Shown: positions 53,901 through 64,000 of the stretch, one piece after another
How positions within the stretch are numbered: the stretch's first letter is position 1
Layout: every line of letters starts with the position of its first letter
DNA from: Eledone cirrhosa
Taxonomy: Eukaryota
Reading direction: 5' to 3'
Assembly: GCA_964016885.1 (NCBI GenBank)
Contig: OZ024740.1
Coordinates: forward strand, 298,592,001-298,656,000
Length of the DNA: 64,000 nt
The notes under the pieces: model-generated
Told to the model about the DNA's origin: nothing
What the model saw: only the letters and a program-made list of their open reading frames with translations
Database searches by the model: none
Translations under genes and position numbers: made by a program

Positions 53901-55634
53901 GGACCCACTTTCCAATTTATTTCAATATTTAATTTAACTCCTTAAAAAAAATTTAAAATTATAAAAAGAATAGGCTAAACACTGTGAAATAATTATTTTT
54001 GAGCCAACAAGTATTTGAGTTTGTGCTTGTGGAGCTCCAGAACAGTGAAATTGTTGTTGACAAAAGTAGAAATGTGTAAAATATACTCCAAGCTGAAGTT
54101 AAAATAGAAAATATACAAAAAAGTTAGATTCTTTTTAGGGTTTATTATTTATTTATTTATTTGTTTGTTTTGTAAAATGATAGTATTTCCTATGATAATT
54201 ATTTTCTTTATTATTTATTATTTTTGTTATTGTCTTTTTTTGTTTTCTTTTTTAATATTTACTCTGAGATGGATATTTCTAGAATTTTCATTCTCTACTT
54301 AATCTTTCATAAATTTATATTTCAACTTTCAACATCTAACATATTTTTTTTTAGAATTTATTTTTTGTTGTAATGCTCAAAAATACAAACCTCTTGTATC
54401 TATCTTATCTCTTTTCATGATTTCTTTAGCAATGTTTCAGCATGTAAGACTAGTAGATATCATGTGGTTTTAGTGTAGTCAATAGCTCAAAGGTTTGCTA
54501 CCTTCTCAGTTATTGCACTCTTTTACATTTTTCATATGCAATGTTTTATCACAGAGATAAGTAATAAATATTCAACTTCAGAATGAAAAAGGATTCAACT
54601 TTATTTGCCATTCTATTTCATGTAGAATTATACATGATGGAGAGAACAAATAAATCTCTTACCCAAAATATATTCCCGCAATCTCTTGTTTTTCTATCAT
54701 CCAACTCCAGTTATACTTTTATAATCTCTGCTTTTACTATCATACGAAAAAGAAGAAAAGGACTGTACACTTTTACATACAGCTTGCATTACTGGGCACT
54801 CCCTTCAACAGCTGTTGACTAGAGATCACAACAGAAATATATATGTATCCTGGTTCCATCCCTCTTGATGTCTGCATCTGCCTTCATCTTTTAGAAGTTT
54901 AGCAGGTGGCAGCTGTACTGTTTTTGTGTCATACATCATTGCTTTATGCTTACTGCCTTACGCTTATAGCCTTCTGCCAAATTGTTCTCTTAGATCATAC
55001 TCATGATATTGCAAGTGGTACTTTGCATGCATGTGTCACTGTTATTCTCCCTCTGCACCGTATGAGGAGCACTTCTACCTGTGTGTGTGTGCATCTATGT
55101 GTATGCATATAATATTGACCGACCTTATATATATGTGTATGCATACACACACACACCTAGCATGTCTGTCACTGTCAACTCACTATGCTGTTCAGCTCAT
55201 GGACATACACAATAATACATAAACAATAATTCACCACCTGTGGTCAATGTCTAACATGCACTACCACCCACATACCTTCACAGATTTGTACAAACACAGA
55301 CACTCACAGAGACACGCATACACATTTTCTACCCCCTTCCAGCTTATCTCCCTTTGATAGTTCTTCAACATTCTACCCTCATTCTGAAATGCTTTCACTC
55401 TTATCTACTTTTCCCTCATTTTTTTTTCTTTTTTAAACTTGTCTATCTTTTCTCTTTCTTCTGCTTCTCAAACACCCTTTTTTCTCCCATTCTACCCTCT
55501 GATGAAGGACTAGAGCCCCAGACATTAAAACTCTTAACATATATACCTTCACTTACACCTCAAATCATCATCATCACTGTTTAATGTCTATTTTTCCACA
55601 CTTGCATGGGTTAGATAGACAATATAAATATATA

Positions 55635-56402
55635 CAGAGTGGGTGGAAAGAAACTCCCTATTGAAAACTACTTATTTGGTCTACTGTGACCACTTGGACA
55701 ACATCAATGATCTCATATTCATGCAAGATGGGTACCCTCCTCATTTTCTATGCACTGACCATGAGTGGCTTGATGTCCATTTCTCAGGACATTGGCTGGG
55801 TCATTGTGGTCCACATTAATGTCCAGCAAGAAGCTCTGACTTAATGCCATGCAATTTTTTCTTGTGGGAGGGGCAAAAGAAGAAATTTATAGCTCAAAAC
55901 CCCAAACTCTGACTCAATTGGAGGAATGCACTGACCAATATATTGCCTGATTTCCTGATGAAGTAAGTCAAGGATATACCCAGATGATTACTAACACAAG
56001 TGGACAATGCTGATGGCTATATAAAATGGTAACAGTGTGTGACAGCTCACACCTCTGCAGGTTTAGCTGGCCTCCTCCAAGGAATATTTCGTTGGAGGTG
56101 TCTTGGGTAATTTAATGATAGGGACCCAGTCCTATCATCTCATTTCTACAGCTGAGTAAACTGGAGCAATGTGAAATAAAGTGTCTTGCTCAAAGAAACA
56201 ACACATCACCCGGTCCGAGAATTGAACTCACAACCTTTCGATTGCAAGCCCAATGCTCTAACCACTAAGCCATGCGCCTTCACGACAGTGTACTGTACTA
56301 ATACCATTATACTGTTCAGAATAAGACGTTTTATGAAAATTGACCAATAATTAATAAAGTTATTAACAATTTTAAATCAGGAGTTTCTTGCCACTCAGCA
56401 TG
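55635..56402 (+). mobile_element. Internally deleted Tc1/mariner element (DD41D-type spacing), interrupted by a SINE
   Basis: TA flanks; TIR cagagtgggtggaaagaaactccc / aggagtttcttgccactcagcatg; IFMQDGYPPHF...CPARSSDLMPCNFFLW. Confidence 0.82.
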
Positions 56403-56546
56403 TATGTATGGATGTATGCCTGCCTGTGTGTGCGTGTGTGTCTGCATCATCTGAGCAATTCACTGTCATTCACGATGGAATTCTGTATTTGTAATTGCTG
56501 TTGCTCATTTAGAAACATTACACTCAGAAATAGGATATATATAAAT

Positions 56547-56772
56547 CATCATCATCATCATTTTTATGTCCATTTTTCCATGCTTGCATGGGTTGAATGG
56601 GTCATAGCATCTCTCCACTCGTCGTATCCCTTTGTCATATCCTCTGTGAGTCTCAGTGATTTGAGGTCAGCTCTCACAACCTCTGCCCAGGTCTTTCTTG
56701 GTCTACTTCTACTGTGGCTACATTTCGCTGGCATTCCCAGGCATTTCTTCACTCATCAAGCATTGTCCATGT
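56547..56772 (-). mobile_element. Diverged RTE 3' fragment (similar pieces at ~45395-45560 and ~28334-28490)
   Basis: RSRPRKTWAEVVRADLKSLRLTEDMTKGYDEWRDA plus (cat)n tail. Confidence 0.82.
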
Positions 56773-59355
56773 GCACAGAAATAACAAAGCAGAAAAACAG
56801 TACAATAACATTTTTTTGTACGTTTTTCTAGGTTGAATGGATTTGAAATTGCTCACTTGATTGGCCCGTGTAATTTTCGATGATGGGTGTTCCAATTGTT
56901 TGATTAATGGAACAGCCTGCTCATGAAATTAACCTGCAAGTGGTTGAGAATTCCACAGACACATATACCATTAACATAATTCTCAAAAAGATTAAGCATG
57001 ACACAGGTGCATGGCAACGTTAGCGCTTTCATTATTACATCTCTGTTTTCCTGAAGTAGTAATCGCTACCAACATATCAGGCCAACATCGAATTGCTACC
57101 TTTATGAATTGTACCATTGTGAATCTCTCTTGTATGTCTTTCTCCTACCATTACAACAAAAGTACTTATTACTAAAGTGGTGACCCCTTTCTGTGAAACA
57201 TTTTCAACACCTCCTTGAGGGAAGAAACTTTACTGTTTACACTGACCAAACAGTTTCACACACAAAGCATGGGTCGACATGGGGGCTATAGTAAATGTCA
57301 CTTGTTCAATATGCCATGCAGTAGGGTTAAATCCGGGACCTAATGAATGCAAAGTGAATCTCTCAACCATCTGATCATACAACATCCATGGATTTGAAAT
57401 AATGCTTCTCCAAACATCTGAAGCTAATATTGTTAATTCAACTGTACATCCATATCTCTGATATATGTCTCATATAGATTGTCTTTCATGCAAGAATCCA
57501 GAAGGATTAGCATTGTAACTAACTTCCACATTGTTGAGTGGGTGTTTGGAGCTTAACATAAATCTTTTTACATGAAGTTACGATGGAAGGAGAAACGGTG
57601 AATTGGCAGAGTTGTTAGAACCTCAGATAGAAAGCTTTGCTGTATTTGTGTCAGCTCTTTGCTCTCTGAGTTCAAATTCTGTCATGGTCAACTTTGCCTT
57701 TCATCCATTTGAGGTTGATAAAAAAAGTACCAATCCAGTACTGGCGTTAATTCTTCCACTATATCTCTTTCTCACTTTAATTCTCTCCCTCTCTTTACCC
57801 TTCTTGGGAAGAAATTTGCTGTATTCATATCTGAAAAGGGAATGGGCTCCACCATGTTTAAAAATGCCTTTAAAACACCTTATGTCAATACGGTGCCCCT
57901 ATGACTCCATCAGGAGTTATGGTACTAGAAGATGATGGAAGGGTTTTAGATAAATATGAACACTTTAAAACAAACATCTTTGCATTGTAGAACTGAGGGT
58001 TGGGGTGAGGCATTTTTGTATCAAATACAGCATACAGAACTGAGGTCAAGAAAAACAATGTAGAAACATATTACCTCTCTTGCAATTATTTTACTTGTAA
58101 GATATGCCCTGCATTGGCTTTGTTTACTTTATTACTCTACCATGTGTTCCAGCACCCAGGCTGAGGCACTGCCATTATTATACATATTTTGATTTTATAT
58201 AGACCAATTATTTTGCTGTATGAATATTTCTATCTTCATTATTTAGTCCATTAGTATGGGATTCCTGCAATTTCCTTCCCTTAGTATATTTCTTATTTGT
58301 TACTGCAGCACTAGTAATTTAGGATAACTAATTGCTGTAAAGCTAGCTTTACCAAGGGAGTGAGTGATGAGTATGACAAGAATCTGTCCTGATGCTTTCA
58401 GCATCTCAGCAATTATCCCTGAATGTCTGACAACTTCCAAATGTATTCATCATGTCATTAATTTCTCTGCTCATTATCTCCTCTGGCCTCTGTAGTGGGT
58501 TTCTCTGTTGGCATTATCAGGTGTTGACTTTCTCTATTTTATATTTACACTTTTTCATTGAATAATCTCTCAGAGTGACATATCCTCATCACCAACAATT
58601 CATATTCTAGCTTTGTTAATGTAGTTAGAAATCTTTTCACTATTTTTTCTTTTGTCATGAAAATAAGAATAATTTTTCAATATTAAAAAGAAAAAAAATT
58701 ATCCAATGGTTTTAGCAGTATTTTCATATGGGTGAAAGTCTCTCCTTGAAACTATTGTAATGTAAATTTAATTGCAACTTTAGCCTTGTGAGGCTTTTAA
58801 GTGTCAGTACTTACCATATATACTTGTGTATAAGTACACACACCCATTTTATCTATGAAAAATGGACAAATTTCCAAACCTAGATGGCATGGTTTTTTAA
58901 ATTACTACAAGTGGAAAATATTTTTATGAAGTTTTAATATTTTGATATTTGAAAGGTTTTTGAGTGTCGTTTAGAGTATAGTTTTTGTTTCACAACATCA
59001 TTACTTAATGATTTTACCATTTCATCTGTTTTATATAGGTTTCTTAAATTTTTGTTTACTTCCTTTTAGCAAACAACAATAGTGCTATCTTTTGAATGTA
59101 CCAGGTTTTTATTTAACATACAAATTGAGTGAAATATATGCCATAAAAAACTTGGAAATAATTTAACATCCAATGAGTAGATCAATTTTTGTGAAGTTAT
59201 TAAAGCTTTATCTAGTGAACTTGATACCCATATATTGTACAATAGGAAAATAAAAGCTTGAGTGAAAAAATAACTTGAATGTATTATTCTCAAAATAATT
59301 AAAAACACAAATGTTTAATTCACATTATTTTCAATAAATATGTACACAATAAATA

Positions 59356-59392
<37 letters not shown>

Positions 59393-59526
59393 ATGTATTG
59401 GTTAAGTGTATAACTACAGTTACAGGTTGTGTGCCATTTGAAGCACTCGATGCTGTTAAGAGATCCAACTCATGTTGAGTTTTGTATTCAAGAGTTAAGG
59501 TGACTGTAGTGTGCAAAGTGTAAATA

Positions 59527-59771
59527 AAGGATTGAAGTCACTGTTGCAGCATATATATTACAATTGTTTCAATATTGATCAGCTCAGGGTACAATCATAA
59601 TGACTGTGGCCTGACTTTTACTTGACATCTCATCAGGTATGTGAGTTTATATGTGGAAAGACACATCCTGGCCAGGACCTGACTCTTACTCAACATTATG
59701 AATGTACCCTGAGCTGATCAGTATTGAAATGATTGTAATATATATATGCTGCAACAGTGACTTCAATCCTT
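59527..59771. repeat. ~75-bp inverted repeat overlapping a decayed minus-strand hammerhead (59554-59641)
   Basis: aaggattgaagtcactgttgcagc...agggtaca / tgtaccct...gctgcaacagtgacttcaatcctt; minus strand CUGAUGA GAUGU...AUAUU GAAA CAAUUG UA. Confidence 0.8.
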
Positions 59772-60636
59772 CCTACTTACTTTATATCATCATCAGCATT
59801 GTCGATTAACGTCTATCTTCCACACTAGCATGGGTTAGACGGGTTTGTCCCAATTATAAGCAAGTTGGGTCAGGAGACCATGTCTCGCTCATATAGGAGA
59901 GTTTTTGGCTGGTTTTCTACGGCTGGATGCCCTTCCTAATGCCAACCACATTTACAGTGTGTGCTGGGTACTTTTTGTTGTGACACCTACATGATATATA
60001 TATATATTTAGTGAAAAATAAGTATGCATAATGGCATTTTGCAACAATTTACAACAGATAGGGGAGCTGATATTGAGAGAGAGAGAGAGAGGATTGAATT
60101 TTATCAATTCCCTTATCTCTCCACCTTGCGTTCTCCAGAGAACCAGGGGTGGATAAAATAATGTTCGGAAGACCATCTGAAGAGGCCAGATTGATACTAT
60201 GGAACCAACACACTGCATAGTCGTCAAACCCATTGAAACATTTATAATGGAAAATTTCCGAATAAATTATTGTAAAAATCCATTATGTATACTCAGCCTT
60301 GGACACCAGATATAATCCGAGATGCTTCAGGATGTTGGGTGCTTATCTCAGGATACTTCAAAATCTACCAGTTTGAGTCATCATCATCTTCGTTTAACGT
60401 CCATCTTCCACGCTAGCATGGGTTAGACATTTAAGTGTTGGATACAATGTCCTGATTGGTCGTCTACCCACATATAATATAATATAAAACTCATAAGCAC
60501 TTGAAGAATGGTCACTAATTTGTATTCTGGAGGTATGGTCAAATTTGGGCCTTGAAACCTTGGGCAGCGACTTTGTTCTGTGTATGAATATAAATAAATA
60601 ATATAGTATATATATGTGTGTATATATATATATATA

Positions 60637-60748
60637 TGACATACACCTATGGTCACGTAAATGTAAATAGACTATGTGTGCGTGTATATATATATATACA
60701 CACACACACATAGTCTGTTTACATTTATGTGACCATAGGTGTATGTCA
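60637..60748. repeat. Near-perfect palindrome centred on (TA)n
   Basis: tgacatacacctatggtcacgtaaatgtaaatagactatgtgtg / cacacatagtctgtttacatttatgtgaccataggtgtatgtca. Confidence 0.9.
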
Positions 60749-61967
60749 CTGTCTATGCATGATTATAGATTTATATGTGTGTGTATGTGTCAGTATTTCA
60801 ACATAAAGAGTATGTTTGTAAGTTTCTATAATCATCGTAACAGCACTACAATATATTTTCTATAAATAAATTAATTTAGGTAATACATCATTTTAAGATC
60901 ACAGAGAACTGACAGTATGTACGATGATAGAAAATGGCATTTTTTTTTTCAATTGTATCAACATAATCATTATCTATACCGACAAAATATATCTCTGAAA
61001 AATATACATTATTAAAAAGTTATGAAGAAACTAAGTCAGGTATGTGTATGGGTGTGTGTGTAGTTCTCTATATTTGTGTTGTATTTTGTATTTGTATCTT
61101 TATGTATGTGCATAACTGCAATGTATTGTCCCTACCTCAATTTGTTTCCTCACAGCTTCTGCAAAATTGCATATTTTGCAGATATATTTTTTAAATGTGA
61201 ATATGATAAGTTTTTGAAATATTTAAATATTCACTCACGGAAATTACCGGCAGTATCCATATGTATCCAGATATTTTGCCGCCTTTATTATATTGATGTT
61301 GAAGTTGGTGAAAATCAGCAAAATAACGACCTTGAATATAAGTCGACCCCCACCCCCTCTCCCCTTCCCTTCAATTCATCATCTTTTTTTTTTTTTCACA
61401 TATTTATATATGGTGGTTCTGTTTTTGTTTTAATTTTTATTAGGCTGATGACAGATGAATGTCTTCTAGATAGGTTGTCAATCTAGCCAAGTTAACTTTC
61501 CTAAATCATCTGTTACTTTTGCCCAACAGTGATGTGAATTGAGGCAATGTAGAAGTAAAGTATTTTATCTAGAAATACAATTATGTGCTTGCTCATGTTC
61601 TATGTTCAGATAATTCACTACTAAACGTTGCTCAGTCAACCAGCTGCTACAACTGTCATGTTTTTTTGTGTGGCTCCAATACAATACAAGACAAGTTGCC
61701 TATCTTAGTCAAAAGTCTTTTTGTGCTCTTTCTTAGTTTTTAAAAATTATTATTGTTGTAGCATTGGACAAAGTCTTTTACAATAGTTATGATTCTTTAC
61801 ATTCCAAGTTCAAATCTTGTTACGGTTATCTTTGTTTTCACCCTTCAGAGGTTGATAAAATAAAGTACCAGTCATGTACCAGGGTTGATTTAATCAACAT
61901 ACCCCTTCCTTAAAATATAGCACAAAACTTACATTTGAAACTATTATTATTATTATTGAGCACCTTA

Positions 61968-62182
61968 GGGTGGTGGATTGGCAGTATCAGTAGAGCACCT
62001 GACATGCTTTGTAGCATACAGTTACATCCCTTTGTGTTCTGAGTTCAAATTCTGCTGAAGTTAGCTTTACCTTTCATCCTTACAGGGTCATTAAAATAAA
62101 GCACCAGTAATGGACTGGGGTGGATTTCATCAACTTTCCCCTCTCCTCTAGGCTTTGTGCCTATAGTAGAAATCCTTATTAT
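61968..62182 (+). mobile_element. tRNA-derived SINE (older copies at ~57597-57745 and ~61755-61957)
   Basis: ggattggcagtatcagtagagc...gagttcaaat...ctttcatccttacagggtc. Confidence 0.85.
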
Positions 62183-63702
62183 TGATCACTTTATTTGCTT
62201 AGATGAACTCCTTACACTACTACACTACTACATATGAACATCAGCAATAGTAAAAAAGAACAGTGTGAGGAGGTTGCAAGTGATTTGAAAACTGTATATC
62301 AGAAGCTATTTTTAGTTGGCTCATCATTTTTAATGATCATACCTGAATGTGAGGTCTTGTGTAACCCAGAATAAAAAGAATGGCACAAGATAAAAGAGTT
62401 TGAAGAAATATTACTTAGCTTAGCTTGGAAAAAGTTGTATTTTCTGTGATTCTATAGCTGAGTTAATGTTCAATTACATATTTTAATTCTTGTTTTTATT
62501 TTCTTAACATTTATTTTCTCACTTGCTGTATGTATCACCTGCTGTTCCAGTATGTTAAGACAGTCGGCATTATATTTTCTATTTTCAATAGCTTATTCTT
62601 GTCTTTTAAGCACCTTTTTCTTACTGTTCTCTTTCTATCTCTCTTATATATTTTATTACGCATATGTATATTGTCATTGTCATTGTCTATTGTAATCCAG
62701 TTAGTCACTTACACATGAAACACACAAATATTCTTTACTGAAGCAAATTATGAGTATTGTTGACTTATAGTAATCTCTGTGTTGATATCAGGCTTCCATA
62801 TGTGTACAATGCATAAACAAAACCTATAAGATTTGTATTTGAATGCATTTTGTTAGCAGTAGTCTCTCACTTCAGTTCAATTCAAATTTAATATCTTATT
62901 ATTTGTATAAAATACAATGAACATTTTGTTGCTACCAAAGTTAAAATTTTAACAACAATGAAAATATATCAAATAACAATAATAATACTATAATAGATAT
63001 GAACTATAATAGTAAGTACAGTAATTTACAATAATTTCAATGTAACATGATTATAAATAGATGTCTAAAGATATAGCAGCATTCCATCATTAGTAGAGTG
63101 TAGTATTCAACTCTGGGACATCATCTCTAACAACACTATCAACTCTGTTTTCAATTTTATCCTGTACACTCTTCTTTCTATACAACACTAATCTACTTGA
63201 TGTTATCTCGCCCATTCCTATGCAGATGATATCACTCTTCATTCCTCCCCAAAGTGTTGTCCACAATCATGCTAGTCACCTCATATCAAACCTGTAATGT
63301 CTCCTTGGATAGAGCCCTAAAATACGTCCTCCAATAAGTCATTTCCACCTTGTTGATTTCAGCTGAAAGACACAATCACTACACATATCATGAAAACAGA
63401 TCTTACTCTGAACATGAACAGCATTCAAGCTTGCTATAACTACTACCATACTACACCTCTTCATCACTAAGCTTCTTTTTAGGCAAACACATATCATCAA
63501 CACACCAAATAATGCATCTTAAAGGCTGATTTTCTTCTTCATGATCATAGCAACTACTAACCTACAAAACCCAAGTCACAATGGAATATTGCTCCTTCAT
63601 TTGGGATAGTGCTGCTGTTACCCATACAGGCATCCTATAAACTGCATTCCCCAAAAGGCCACCTGTCTGATTGGCATGAAGCTGCTCACCAATACACTTT
63701 AA

Positions 63703-63913
63703 CCCTTTAGTATTTAAACTGGCCATATTCGGCCAAAATTCTCTCACCTCTTTCTGTTCAAACCGGCCATAACCGACAACTTATACCAGCGTTATGTTAT
63801 TGTTCTCAAAATAAATAATATCAAAATCTCATAGATTCAATATTATGTGAGGTAAAGTCTTTCCCATGAAAAAAACAATATAGTAAATATAGAGTAATTT
63901 AAAGGCTCAAGTG
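63703..63913 (+). mobile_element. piggyBac-type MITE, family A
   Basis: TTAA ccctttagtatttaaactggccatattcggcc...; decayed right TIR, then TTAA. Confidence 0.82.
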
Positions 63914-64000
63914 TTAATGTCTGACCCACAGTCATACTGTTGCTTCTCTCTTTCTTTTCTACCACTCCTACATCAACCTCTTCTCACATATGGCTGGTCT

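Noticed and set aside
60090-60375. Possible transposase-like or coding fragment
   Set aside because: No recognisable motif in any frame examined

Overview
AT-rich animal non-coding/intronic DNA with long (TA)n microsatellites. The repeat content (RTE LINEs with (GAT)n tails, tRNA-derived SINEs, TTAA MITEs) suggests an octopus/cephalopod genome (inference). No intact host gene is supported. Main contents: a near-full-length RTE LINE with a PHD-type finger and three lesions, plus many RTE fragments; decayed CR1, R4-like, L1/Tx1-like and DD41D Tc1/mariner remnants; two piggyBac-type MITE families; a tRNA-Leu(AAG) pseudogene split by a MITE; and 67-bp and 74-bp minisatellites. The most striking signal is about ten minimal type I hammerhead ribozyme (HHR) motifs with palindromic stem III, in several unrelated sequence contexts. 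They include a head-to-tail ~330-nt retrozyme-like dimer with a compensatory stem I change, and they lie near three Penelope-like GIY-YIG fragments, one of which the ORF track misses. All folds were derived by eye and none has been tested.
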